Shown: positions 33,842 to 43,132, numbered from the stretch's first letter. The stretch: 45,815 nt of DNA from Lachnoclostridium sp. UBA3775 (GCA_002369525.1 DFFN01000042.1:1-45815), one strand, 5' to 3'. The notes: a model not told the origin generated them from the sequence alone. Translations and numbers: made by a program.

Positions 33842-34150
33842 ATGTACGCAATTATTGCAACCGGCGGGAAGCAGTATAAGGTAGCTGAAGGCGATATCAT
33901 TAATGTTGAAAAGCTTGGCATTGAGTCCGGCGAAACCGTTACCTTTGATCAGGTTCTTGCCGTAAATAACGGTGAGCTTGTTGTCGGAACACCTGTTGTG
34001 TCCGGTGCTAAAGTTACCGCAAAAGTTCTTTGCGAAAGAAAAGCAAAGAAGGTAATCGTTTACAAGTACAAGAGAAAGAGCGGTTATCACAAGAAGAACG
34101 GACATCGTCAGCTGTTTACAAAGGTACAGATTGAGTCAATTACAGCTTAA
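33842..34150 (+). CDS. rplU: 50S ribosomal protein L21
   Basis: [18 protein letters not shown]... canonical L21 N-terminus; 102 aa. Confidence 0.95.
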   Translation: MYAIIATGGKQYKVAEGDIINVEKLGIESGETVTFDQVLAVNNGELVVGTPVVSGAKVTAKVLCERKAKKVIVYKYKRKSGYHKKNGHRQLFTKVQIESITA

Positions 34151-34174
34151 TTGCCTTGATCGGGGTGACAAAGG

Positions 34175-34504
34175 ATGATTACCGTATCCATATTCAAAAA
34201 CAAAGCAGGTAAGATATCCGGCTTTTCGCTTGCCGGTCATGCCGGTTATGCCGAAGAGGGCGAGGATATAGTCTGCTCGGCAGTTACAGCACTTTCATTC
34301 AATACCGTAAACAGTATTGAGGCTTTCTGTAACGATAAAATCGTACTTGATGTTGCCGATGAGAACGAAGGAGGATATTTAAGGCTTGATCTTAAAAATC
34401 CGTCTGAAGAGGCTTTGCTTCTTTTAAAATCTTTTGAGCTCGGGATAAAAAACATCTGCGATGAATATGGCGAACATGTTAATATTGTTTATTCGACTCA
34501 GTAA
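34175..34504 (+). CDS. prp: Ribosomal-processing cysteine protease Prp (YsxB)
   Basis: 109 aa between rplU and rpm[21 protein letters not shown] contains the His/Cys dyad region. Confidence 0.85.
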   Translation: MITVSIFKNKAGKISGFSLAGHAGYAEEGEDIVCSAVTALSFNTVNSIEAFCNDKIVLDVADENEGGYLRLDLKNPSEEALLLLKSFELGIKNICDEYGEHVNIVYSTQ

Positions 34505-34518
34505 GGAGGAAAATGGTC

Positions 34519-34803
34519 ATGTTAAAGATGAACCTTCAGTTTTTTGCTCATAAAAAGGGTGTTGGTTCCACAAAGAACGGACGTGATTCCGAGTCAAAGA
34601 GACTGGGTGCCAAGAGAGCTGACGGACAATTCGTTAAAGCAGGCAACATTCTCTACAGACAGCGTGGAACAAAGATTAATCCTGGTGTTAATGTAGGCAT
34701 CGGCGGTGATGATACTCTTTTTGCTCTTACGGACGGAATTTTAAGATTCCAGACAAAGGCAAAAGGCAAGAAGTATGCCAATGTAGTTCCCGTAGAGGAG
34801 TGA
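34519..34803 (+). CDS. rpmA: 50S ribosomal protein L27 (with Prp-cleaved N-terminal propeptide)
   Basis: MLKMNLQFF|[15 protein letters not shown]. Start at the ATG at 34519 (AAGGAGG at 34503-34509, 9-nt spacer) rather than the ORF-track 34513. Confidence 0.95.
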   Translation: MLKMNLQFFAHKKGVGSTKNGRDSESKRLGAKRADGQFVKAGNILYRQRGTKINPGVNVGIGGDDTLFALTDGILRFQTKAKGKKYANVVPVEE

Positions 34804-34817
34804 GAATCCGGATTATT

Positions 34818-34847
34818 AAAGCCCTGAAGTTTTTCAGGGCTTTTTTT
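34818..34847 (+). terminator. Rho-independent terminator after rpmA
   Basis: GCCCTGAA / TTCAGGGC 8-bp stem (34821-34840), 4-nt loop, T7. Confidence 0.85.
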
Positions 34848-34871
34848 CAAAATGAAAGGTAAAATGAACTG

Positions 34872-36167
34872 ATGTTTGCGGATACAGCAAAAATCTATAT
34901 CAGGTCAGGTAAAGGCGGAGACGGACATGTAAGCTTCAGACGCGAGCTTTTTGTCGCTGCCGGAGGACCGAACGGAGGAGACGGCGGCAAGGGCGGAGAC
35001 CTGATCTTCGAGGTCGACGACGGACTTAACACACTTAACGAATACCGTTATAGGCATAAGTTCTGTGCCGAGCATGGCGAAGAAGGCGGAAAAAACAACT
35101 GCACCGGAAAGGACGGAGCAGATCTGGTTCTTAAAGTGCCTGCCGGAACCATAATACGTGAAGCAAATACCGGAAAGGTAATTGCGGATATGTCCGGTGA
35201 CAACCGTCGGCAGATCATCCTTAAAGGCGGCAGAGGCGGCAAAGGAAACCAGCACTATGCAACACCTACGATGCAGGTGCCTCAGTATGCCCAGCCGGGC
35301 CAGAAGGCAATGGAACTTGACGTCATACTTGAACTCAAAACAATTGCAGATGTCGGACTTGTCGGTTTTCCCAACGTCGGCAAATCAACCTTTCTTTCGA
35401 GAGTTACCAATGCAAGACCGAAGATTGCGAATTATCATTTCACTACATTAAATCCGAATCTCGGAGTTGTCGAACTTGATAATGACGGTTTCGTCATCGC
35501 TGATATTCCGGGCCTAATCGAAGGAGCTTCGGAAGGAATCGGACTCGGTCATGAGTTTCTTAAACATATTGAGAGAACAAGAGTTATCTGCCACATCGTT
35601 GACGGAGCGGGGATAGAAGGCAGGGATCCTGCCGAGGATATTATAAAGATAAACTCGGAGCTTGAAAAGTATGATCCGAAGCTGATGGAAAAGCCGCAGA
35701 TAATCGCAGCAAACAAAATGGATCTTCTTGGTCCGGAGGAACAGGAGACAGCAATAAGCCTTTTAAAAGAAGAGCTAAAAAACAAAATAAATGAAGATGT
35801 GGAAATCATTCCCGTCTCTGCAGTTTCGGGTCAGAATGTCAAAGAGCTTCTGTATAAAATAAATTCTTTGCTTAAGACCCAGCCGAAGAATACAATAGTA
35901 TTTGAACAGGAATATTTTCCCGAGGAATATATCGACGAAGAGCTTCCGTTTACAGTCGAATATGATGAAGAAAACGAAGCATATGTTGTTGAAGGTCCGA
36001 GAATTGAAAAAATGCTCGGTTACACAAATCTTGATACCGAAAAAGGCTTTGAATTCTTTCAGGGCTTCCTAAAGAGAAGCGGCGTGCTTGACGAGCTTGA
36101 GGCACTGGGAATCAAGGATGGCGATACCGTAAGAATGTACGGACATGCCTTCGATTATTATAAATGA
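34872..36167 (+). CDS. obg: GTPase Obg/CgtA
   Basis: Gly-rich Obg fold (GGDGHVSFRRE, GGPNGGDGGKGG), G1 GFPNVGKST, G3 DIPGLIEGA, C-terminal OCT domain. Confidence 0.95.
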   Translation: MFADTAKIYIRSGKGGDGHVSFRRELFVAAGGPNGGDGGKGGDLIFEVDDGLNTLNEYRYRHKFCAEHGEEGGKNNCTGKDGADLVLKVPAGTIIREANTGKVIADMSGDNRRQIILKGGRGGKGNQHYATPTMQVPQYAQPGQKAMELDVILELKTIADVGLVGFPNVGKSTFLSRVTNARPKIANYHFTTLNPNLGVVELDNDGFVIADIPGLIEGASEGIGLGHEFLKHIERTRVICHIVDGAGIEGRDPAEDIIKINSELEKYDPKLMEKPQIIAANKMDLLGPEEQETAISLLKEELKNKINEDVEIIPVSAVSGQNVKELLYKINSLLKTQPKNTIVFEQEYFPEEYIDEELPFTVEYDEENEAYVVEGPRIEKMLGYTNLDTEKGFEFFQGFLKRSGVLDELEALGIKDGDTVRMYGHAFDYYK

Positions 36168-36193
36168 TTTTCTTTTGGAATGAGGATGATTAA

Positions 36194-36487
36194 ATGAACA
36201 GCAAACAAAGAGCTTATCTAAAAGGGCTTGCGATGAATATAAATCCCAGCTTTCAATGCGGCAAGGGCAGCATTACACCCGGATTTACGGAAGCAATAAG
36301 GGAAAATCTTGATGCCAACGAGCTTATTAAGATCACTGTCCTTAACAATTGCGATGATGACCCAAGAGAAATTGCACAGCTTCTTGCCGACCGTACCGGA
36401 TCAGAGGTAGTACAGGTAATAGGAAAAAAGATCATACTTTACAAGAAGGCCAAGAAAAGCAAGATTGATATCGACGGAGTAAAATAA
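36194..36487 (+). CDS. yhbY: YhbY-family (CRM domain) ribosome assembly RNA-binding protein
   Basis: 97 aa, KQRAYLKGLA...GKGSITPGF...ELIKI pattern. Synteny obg-yhbY-nadD. Confidence 0.85.
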   Translation: MNSKQRAYLKGLAMNINPSFQCGKGSITPGFTEAIRENLDANELIKITVLNNCDDDPREIAQLLADRTGSEVVQVIGKKIILYKKAKKSKIDIDGVK

Positions 36488-37698
36488 TGAAAAGAGCAGC
36501 GATACTCGGAGGCTCGTTTAATCCGATGCACATAGGACATGCCGAAATGATAGAAGAGGCAAGAAGAGTCCTGGCTCCGGATGAGCTGTGGCTGATGCCG
36601 GCGAAGAAGCCTCCTCATAAAGCAGCCTATGAATATGCCGGAGACGAGCACAGGGTCAATATGCTTAAAGCTTATGCTTCGGACTTTGACGATGTGTTTG
36701 TCGATGAAACAGAGCTTCATATGGACGGCTTCACATATACAGCAAATACAATGAAGCTTCTTAAGGACCGGCACACTGATATAAACTTTATTTTTCTGAT
36801 GGGCGCGGATTCGGCAAAGAACTTTCATAACTGGTATAAGCCCGAAGTCATTGTTGAAAATGCCGAGCTCGGCTTGTTTTCAAGAAACGATATAGGCAAG
36901 GAAGAGCTGGAGGAGCTGGTAGACTCTTTAAAAAGTAAGTTTGGCGGTGTTTATCATATTATCGATTTCAAACCTGCCGATATTTCCTCGACTATGATAA
37001 GAAGCCTTGCCGGTGAAGGCAAGGATATAAAAGGCCTTGTGCCCGAAAAGGTCAGGGAATATATTGAAAAAGCAGGACTCTACAGCAAAGAGCCCGAAAC
37101 GGGATATGACAAAGAATTTCTGATCTCCGAAATGGAAAAGGCACTTAAACCTTCTCGTTTTAAACACTCTCTTGGAGTGATGGAAACTGCTAAAGAACTG
37201 GCAACGATTTACGGTGCCGATTCGCAAAAAGCCGAGATTGCAGGCATCCTGCATGATTGTGCCAAAAATCTCGGTCCCGACAAGCTGAGGAATCTTTGTT
37301 GTCAGAACAATATACCGGTTTCGGAACGGGAGAAAACAGATGATAATGTTGCGGATGCACTGCTTCATTCAAAGGTCGGTGCCTTGCTTGCAAAAAATCT
37401 TTATAATGTTGATGACAAAGAAATACTTGACGCGATTTATTATCATACCGTTGGCAGACCCGAAATGCCATTGCTTGAAAAAATAATATATTTAGCCGAT
37501 TTCATCGAACCTTCAAGAACCCAGAACTGTAAGCCGGGACTTGATGTAATAAGAAAGCTTGCAAAAACTGATATCGACCGGGCTGTTTATTATGCAACAA
37601 AAGCAACAGTGGATTATGTGACTGAAAAAGGACGTTATCTAAATCCCGAAAGCCTTGAAACCCTTAAGTATTACAGCCGGTATAAAGGAGAATTTTAA
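36487..37698 (+). CDS. nadD: Fusion protein: nicotinate-nucleotide adenylyltransferase NadD (N) + YqeK HD-domain hydrolase (C)
   Basis: GGSFNPMHIGH and ISSTMIR (NadD) in residues 1-200. HSLGV, ILHDCAK, YYHTVG, IYLADFIEPSR (YqeK HD) in residues 215-403. A single uninterrupted ORF. Confidence 0.85.
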   Translation: MKRAAILGGSFNPMHIGHAEMIEEARRVLAPDELWLMPAKKPPHKAAYEYAGDEHRVNMLKAYASDFDDVFVDETELHMDGFTYTANTMKLLKDRHTDINFIFLMGADSAKNFHNWYKPEVIVENAELGLFSRNDIGKEELEELVDSLKSKFGGVYHIIDFKPADISSTMIRSLAGEGKDIKGLVPEKVREYIEKAGLYSKEPETGYDKEFLISEMEKALKPSRFKHSLGVMETAKELATIYGADSQKAEIAGILHDCAKNLGPDKLRNLCCQNNIPVSEREKTDDNVADALLHSKVGALLAKNLYNVDDKEILDAIYYHTVGRPEMPLLEKIIYLADFIEPSRTQNCKPGLDVIRKLAKTDIDRAVYYATKATVDYVTEKGRYLNPESLETLKYYSRYKGEF

Positions 37699-38027
37699 TG
37701 GATATTAAAGAAGTCAATCTTATAAAAGCAGCGCTTGAAGACAAGAAAGCCAATGACATAAAGGTACTTGACGTATCTGAGCTTACCACCATTTGTGACT
37801 ATATGATCATTGCGGATGCTTCGAATATCAACCTTCTGGATACAATTGTTGACGCTGTTTATGATACAATGGCAAAAAATGAAATTTTTCCTAAGATGAC
37901 CGAGGGAAACAAAAATTCCGGATGGGTTCTTATGGATTACAATGATATTATCGTGCAGCTTTTTAATTCCGATATGAGAAGCTTTTACGATCTTGAAAGA
38001 ATCTGGTGTGATGCCAAGGAAATATAA
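37698..38027 (+). CDS. rsfS: Ribosome silencing factor RsfS
   Basis: 109 aa, KKANDIKVLDVSELTTICDYMIIADASN signature. TAATG overlap with the upstream gene. Confidence 0.9.
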   Translation: MDIKEVNLIKAALEDKKANDIKVLDVSELTTICDYMIIADASNINLLDTIVDAVYDTMAKNEIFPKMTEGNKNSGWVLMDYNDIIVQLFNSDMRSFYDLERIWCDAKEI

Positions 38028-38045
38028 GCCGGGGAGGATGAAGAC

Positions 38046-38975
38046 TTGATTAAAGTCAGCGGTCTTACGAAATATTACGGCAATAAAAAAGCCATCGAGG
38101 ATATAAGCTTTGAGCTTGAAGACGGAAAAATCTACGGTTTTCTGGGCCCTAACGGAGCCGGAAAATCCACAACAATGAACATCATGACGGGTTATATCGG
38201 CGCGACAAGCGGAAGCGTTGAGATAAACGGTTATGATATACTCGAAGAGCCCGAAAAAGCGAAGAAGAACATCGGCTATCTTCCCGAAATCCCTCCTTTG
38301 TATCCGGATATGACAGTAGAGGAATATCTTCTTTTTGCCGCAGAACTTAAGGGAGTTCCCAAAAAGGAAAGAAAGGATCATGTAAGGGAGATTGAAGATA
38401 AAACCGGAATTTCGGAAGTGAGAGGGCGTCTCATAAAATATCTTTCAAAAGGATATCGTCAGCGTGTCGGATTTTCTCAGGCACTGGTTTCATATCCCGA
38501 CGTTATCATTCTTGATGAACCGACTGTCGGACTCGACCCCATACAGTTAAATGAAATGAGAGAGCTTATAAAATCCTTGAGAGAAAAGCATACGGTCATT
38601 CTTAGCTCTCATATCATGCAGGAGGTCAGCGCAGTCTGTGATACCATACTGATAATCAGTGAAGGAAAGCTTGTGGCAAACGATAATGCCGAAAGCTTAA
38701 GCGCAAAGACCGAGGCTTCGACTGTCCTGATCTACAGGATAAAGAGCGATGCCGGAAACGTCAGAAAAATACTTGAAGGATTTGATAGTATCAAAATTTC
38801 AGAATGCAGGGATGATAACGGAAATACTTATTGTGAGCTTGAGACTGCCGATGATCCCGACAGGCTTCAGAATGACATATTCTTTGCATTTGCCGATAAA
38901 AAGATCGCAATACTTGAAAGCAGGATAATGACAAAGTCGTTAGAGGATATTTTTATCGATTATACGAATTCGTAA
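38046..38975 (+). CDS. ABC transporter ATP-binding protein (ABC-2/GldA-like)
   Basis: Walker A GPNGAGKST, signature LSKGYRQR, Walker B ILDEPTVGLD. TTG start with GGGGAGGA RBS. Confidence 0.9.
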   Translation: MIKVSGLTKYYGNKKAIEDISFELEDGKIYGFLGPNGAGKSTTMNIMTGYIGATSGSVEINGYDILEEPEKAKKNIGYLPEIPPLYPDMTVEEYLLFAAELKGVPKKERKDHVREIEDKTGISEVRGRLIKYLSKGYRQRVGFSQALVSYPDVIILDEPTVGLDPIQLNEMRELIKSLREKHTVILSSHIMQEVSAVCDTILIISEGKLVANDNAESLSAKTEASTVLIYRIKSDAGNVRKILEGFDSIKISECRDDNGNTYCELETADDPDRLQNDIFFAFADKKIAILESRIMTKSLEDIFIDYTNS

Positions 38976-38992
38976 GACGGAGGAAATAATTA

Positions 38993-39856
38993 ATGTCGAC
39001 GATATATAAGCGTGAGGTAAAAAGCCTTTTTACCTCGCTTACAGCATATATTTTCATTGCAATTTACCTGGTCATTTTCGGCAGGTATTTTAAAGTTTAT
39101 AATCTTGATGCAGGCATGACTACCATCGGTTATCCCATGCTTGCTTCATACTGGGTATATTTTCTTTTCTCGCTTCTTACGATGAAGTCGCTTCCCGAAG
39201 AAAGAAAAGAGAAGATAGACCAGCTTCTTTTTACATCACCTGTTTCAATTACCAAAATAGTCATAGGCAAATATCTTGCAATGTGTACGGTATGGTTTGC
39301 CGCATTTGCGGTTCTTTGCACTTGCCCGCTGATAATTAAATATTTCGGCAATGCCGAGCTTATGACCGATTATACTTTATTGATCGCTTATTTTTTCATG
39401 GGCTGTGTGTTTATTGCAATAAGCATGTTTATATCCTCTCTGACAGAGAGCCAGCTTGTTGCCGCCATCACCTCACTGGTGGTTGTTTTCCTTATCGGCG
39501 TTGCCTCGCAGTTTTCCTCAAGGATGACAACATCGGCCTATGTTTCGATGATCATTTTTGTCGGACTTGCGGTTATTCTTGGTGTTGTTGCCGGAATACT
39601 GACAAGAAATGCCTTCTTTGGCGCCGGAACCACCCTGATCATTTCACTTGTCATCATGCTGGTATTTGTTATCAATAAGAATATTTTTGTGGGTGCCGTC
39701 CAGAAGCTTATCGAAAAGCTTGCACTGCCGATGTATCTGCAGAGCATAGTTAATGACAAAATGGCGGATATAAGGATATTTGTATTTTTTATTTCTGTTG
39801 CTGCACTGTTTGTATTTTTTACGATACAGTCACTGTCAAAGAGAAGATATTCATAG
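38993..39856 (+). CDS. ABC-2 type transporter permease (GldF-like)
   Basis: 287 aa, about 6 TM segments, directly after the ATPase; RBS GGAGG. Confidence 0.75.
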   Translation: MSTIYKREVKSLFTSLTAYIFIAIYLVIFGRYFKVYNLDAGMTTIGYPMLASYWVYFLFSLLTMKSLPEERKEKIDQLLFTSPVSITKIVIGKYLAMCTVWFAAFAVLCTCPLIIKYFGNAELMTDYTLLIAYFFMGCVFIAISMFISSLTESQLVAAITSLVVVFLIGVASQFSSRMTTSAYVSMIIFVGLAVILGVVAGILTRNAFFGAGTTLIISLVIMLVFVINKNIFVGAVQKLIEKLALPMYLQSIVNDKMADIRIFVFFISVAALFVFFTIQSLSKRRYS

Positions 39857-39865
39857 GAGGGGACC

Positions 39866-41335
39866 ATGAACAAAAAAGTAAACCGTTCAATACAATTTAA
39901 AAATGGTTCCTTCAGTCTCATACTTACAGTGATAGCTATTGCCATTGTTGTTCTCATCAATTTCATATTCGCAGCTTTTCCTACCGATAAAATGACTTTT
40001 TCGACCGAAGGTACAGATCTTTATTCTCTTTCGGACACGACCAGAAATCTTTTAAACACTCAGGTGAAAAATGATATAACACTATATATTCTTTCCGATT
40101 CAATGGGAAGCTACGACGACTACAGCGTAAATCTTTGCAAGGCTTATGAGGATGCAGACAGCCATATAAAGGTTAAGAAGATCGATAAGGCAGTTAATCC
40201 TGCGTTCACTTCAAAATACGAGGCAGCTCTTGCTTCCGATTCAAGCGTGATTGTTGAAAATTCTTCAAGCAAAAAATATATTCTTGTCGATTTCAACGAT
40301 ATGCATCAGACCAAAAGTGATGAAAAGACAGAATATAAAACCGAAAAATATAACGGTGAAGGTCTTTTGACCTCGGCAATTAACAAAGTATCCGTTTCAA
40401 AGGAAACAAGAATATACCAGCTTGGCGGTCATGGCGAACCGCTTATAAGCAAGGAAAACTATGCTTTGCTTTGCGATGCACTTGACAAATCAGCTTATTC
40501 GCTTTCGGAAACTCCTCTGGTACTTTCGGAAGCCGGTGCTTTGCCTGCAGATCTTGATATATTGATTATTTTCTATCCGGCTGCAGACATCTCAGAAAAC
40601 GATCTGGGTATTTTGAAAGAGTATCTTTCAAACGGCGGCAGAATTGCCATAATACATAACAATATAACGCTTCTTAACGGCAGTTCCGGCTCGGTTTCCT
40701 ATGATAATCTTTATAAGCTTATTAATTACGGCGGGCTTATGATCAGTGAAGATTTTATTGTAGAGAATGATTATGACCATTACATGAGCTCTGCCGTGAA
40801 CTATCCGAAGGAACTGATCATACCCGATTACGGCAGTAAGGTTTCGAAAGCTGTCACAAGCAGCGGAAAAACTCTTGCGGCCTTTGCTTCTCCCTTGTCG
40901 AAATTTTCAAATGAAGGAACGGAGTATGAATATACCGACCTTCTGATCACGTCGTCCGCCATAACCTCATTCCTTGAAGAAAACAAAAGGCTTCCGGCAA
41001 ACACCTCGGTGGCTTCCGTTTCGAAGCTTTCCGGTGCCTCAAAGAAGGGCAGCCTGTTTGTTGTGTCTGACGCCATGTTTTTCAATTTAAGCGCGATTTT
41101 CGGCTCGGCCGGAGACGCTGCGACTGAAAGCAATATAAGGCTTTTCACCGAAGGCCTGAATATAATGAGCGATAATGCCGTGGATTCATATGTTCCGGTA
41201 AAAAGCTTTGAACGCAAGGTAAATATTGTTGCGGACGGAAACGTTTTAATGTTTTCTCTTATTTATATTGCTGTATTTCCGATTGCAATACTGGCGATAG
41301 GCTTTGTGATCTGGATGCTCAGGAGGTCCAGATAG
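39866..41335 (+). CDS. GldG-like ABC transporter auxiliary protein
   Basis: N- and C-terminal TM anchors around a large extracytoplasmic domain. The N-terminal 'T..G.DLYSLSDTTRNLL....KNDITLYILS' pattern is typical of the Gldg family. Confidence 0.6.
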   Translation: MNKKVNRSIQFKNGSFSLILTVIAIAIVVLINFIFAAFPTDKMTFSTEGTDLYSLSDTTRNLLNTQVKNDITLYILSDSMGSYDDYSVNLCKAYEDADSHIKVKKIDKAVNPAFTSKYEAALASDSSVIVENSSSKKYILVDFNDMHQTKSDEKTEYKTEKYNGEGLLTSAINKVSVSKETRIYQLGGHGEPLISKENYALLCDALDKSAYSLSETPLVLSEAGALPADLDILIIFYPAADISENDLGILKEYLSNGGRIAIIHNNITLLNGSSGSVSYDNLYKLINYGGLMISEDFIVENDYDHYMSSAVNYPKELIIPDYGSKVSKAVTSSGKTLAAFASPLSKFSNEGTEYEYTDLLITSSAITSFLEENKRLPANTSVASVSKLSGASKKGSLFVVSDAMFFNLSAIFGSAGDAATESNIRLFTEGLNIMSDNAVDSYVPVKSFERKVNIVADGNVLMFSLIYIAVFPIAILAIGFVIWMLRRSR

Positions 41336-42447
41336 TGAACAGAAAACAGTTAAAAATCCTGCTTGCGTTTCTTATTGTTTTATGCATTAGCATTGTCATT
41401 CTGGTCCTGGTCAGCAAAAACAGCAAAAAAAGCAGCACTGGCCCCGAAGAAAAAGCAGAAGAAGAATATATACTTCCCGAACAATTCAGGAAGATAAATG
41501 AAATTGTCATAGAGACAAAGACCGATAGGTTTAATTTCCTGAAAAGCTTCGACAAATGGACAAATAAAGATGATGCAGGGTTTCCGGTCGATAATGAAAA
41601 GGTAAATATGCTCGGCAATATGCTCAGCAATATGAAAAAGCTGCGTGAAATAAAGGATTATGCGGAGCTTGCCGACTTTAAGCTTGACGCTCCTGCAATG
41701 ACTATTACAGTTGGGAATGAAGCTGACAGCTATAAAGTCTTGTTTTCCGATTATACCGGAAACGATAATGTTTTTTATGTTCTGGCAGATGATTCGGTTT
41801 ATCTTACCGATTCGGCAGTATATAAATTTGCCAAGTACTCTTTGCTGGATTACTGTTTCATACCTGAAAATCCGGATTTTACCCCGGGAAGCGTTAGAAC
41901 GATCACCGTGGAGGTTAAGGGCGGAAATACCATAGAGCTTGTACCCGGAGAGAAAAAAGCAAGTGAAGGAGATGCGGGAGAGTGGTATTATTATGTCAGC
42001 TCCGACGGCGAAGGTTTTAATGATAAAAAGCTCTGCGATCAGGGTGATATCAATGTTTTCTTTAATTATCTTACCGAACTGAGCTACAACCGTGTAATAG
42101 AATATGACCCGAGCGATGAACGAAGGGATTTCTACGGAATAAAAGAGCCTGCGGCAACCGTAACCGTACAGTTTCACGGTATCACCAATGTAACACAGGT
42201 TACCGATGCGGGACAAAGAGTAGATCAGATGCTTGATGCCGATTTCACCTTTAAGTTTCTTATCGGAAATGAGATAAAAGAAAGCGACGGAGAGTATTTT
42301 ATCACAGATACCTGTATCGACTCCGTCGCAAGTGAAAATCTTTATGATGGGAATAATTGTGTGTTTGCCACAAATTCATATTATGCAAAGTTTTTCATCA
42401 ATTTGACAAGAGACAGCCTTAACGGCGTCGCTTCTTCTAAAAATTAA
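41335..42447 (+). CDS. DUF4340-like membrane-anchored protein (usual partner of GldG-type systems)
   Basis: GTG start (GGAGG at 41322-41326) overlapping the gldG-like stop. N-terminal TM plus a 340-aa soluble part. Family assigned by context and recall only. Confidence 0.5.
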   Translation: MNRKQLKILLAFLIVLCISIVILVLVSKNSKKSSTGPEEKAEEEYILPEQFRKINEIVIETKTDRFNFLKSFDKWTNKDDAGFPVDNEKVNMLGNMLSNMKKLREIKDYAELADFKLDAPAMTITVGNEADSYKVLFSDYTGNDNVFYVLADDSVYLTDSAVYKFAKYSLLDYCFIPENPDFTPGSVRTITVEVKGGNTIELVPGEKKASEGDAGEWYYYVSSDGEGFNDKKLCDQGDINVFFNYLTELSYNRVIEYDPSDERRDFYGIKEPAATVTVQFHGITNVTQVTDAGQRVDQMLDADFTFKFLIGNEIKESDGEYFITDTCIDSVASENLYDGNNCVFATNSYYAKFFINLTRDSLNGVASSKN

Positions 42448-43058
42448 AACATTCTGAATACTCCGATAACCTTTCCGAGTATTTCTACATTATCGAAGAT
42501 CAAAGGCTCCATGCTGTCGTTTTCGGGTTGAAGACGGACATGGTCCTTTTCTTTATAGAAGGTCTTAACGGTTACAGAATCATCGATGAGAGCAACAACA
42601 TAATCGCCGTTATCAGCATAGTTCTGCTGTCTTACGATTATTTCGTCACCGTCCAAGATGCCGGCATTTATCATGCTGTCTCCCTTAACCTTTAACATGA
42701 AGGTTACCGCATTGGGCATTAATTCGGCAGGAATGGGGAAGTAGTCATTGATGTTTTCAACGGCAAGTATCGGCTGACCTGCGGTTATCGTTCCGATCAT
42801 CGGAACATTCACTACCTCGCGTCTTGCAAGCTGGAAATCGTCATCAACAATTTCTATTGAACGGGATTTAAAAGTATCGCGCCTGATAAAGCCTTTCTTT
42901 TCAAGATTGGCCAGCTGGGAATGAACCGAAGAAGTTGAACTAAGTCCAACAGCATCGCATATGTCCCTTACGGAAGGCGGAAAGCCTTTTTCAAGTATAT
43001 TTTTTTTGATGTATTTGAGAATTTCAATCTGTTTTGAGCTTAATGAACTGTAATCCAT
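42444..43058 (-). CDS. lexA: LexA repressor (S24 autopeptidase)
   Basis: wHTH N-domain (PPSVRDICDAVGLSSTSSVHSQLANLEKKGFIRRD), GDSM catalytic Ser, VTVKTF Lys block; 204 aa. Confidence 0.9.
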   Translation of the reverse strand: MDYSSLSSKQIEILKYIKKNILEKGFPPSVRDICDAVGLSSTSSVHSQLANLEKKGFIRRDTFKSRSIEIVDDDFQLARREVVNVPMIGTITAGQPILAVENINDYFPIPAELMPNAVTFMLKVKGDSMINAGILDGDEIIVRQQNYADNGDYVVALIDDSVTVKTFYKEKDHVRLQPENDSMEPLIFDNVEILGKVIGVFRMF

Positions 43059-43094
43059 CGATTATCTCCTTAAATTGTAATGATTCACGTCAAT

Positions 43095-43123
43095 ATTATA
43101 TCATATCGAACAAATTTTTGCAA
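43095..43123 (-). promoter_or_regulatory. lexA promoter on - strand: TTGCAA - 17 nt - TATAAT
   Basis: The palindromic hexamer TTGCAA at 43118-43123; the reverse complement of 43095-43100 is TATAAT; exact 17-nt spacer. Confidence 0.55.
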
Positions 43124-43132
43124 CGTTTGTTC
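43121..43132. promoter_or_regulatory. Candidate SOS (Cheo-type) box GAACAAACGTTG
   Basis: On the - strand GAAC-N4-GTTG matches 11/12 of the Firmicute LexA core GAAC-N4-GTTC. Overlaps the -35 of the lexA promoter. Confidence 0.55.

Noticed and set aside
34848-34871. TAAAAT at 34860-34865, considered as a promoter -10 for obg.
   Set aside because: It lies only 6 nt from the ATG and has no -35. obg is more plausibly expressed by read-through of the rpmA terminator or from a promoter I cannot see.
43107-43120. A second LexA half-site, CGAACAAATTTTTG, next to the SOS box.
   Set aside because: Only the GAAC half matches and the other arm is TTTT. More likely it is part of the 7-bp inverted repeat GAACAAA...TTTGTTC than an independent box.
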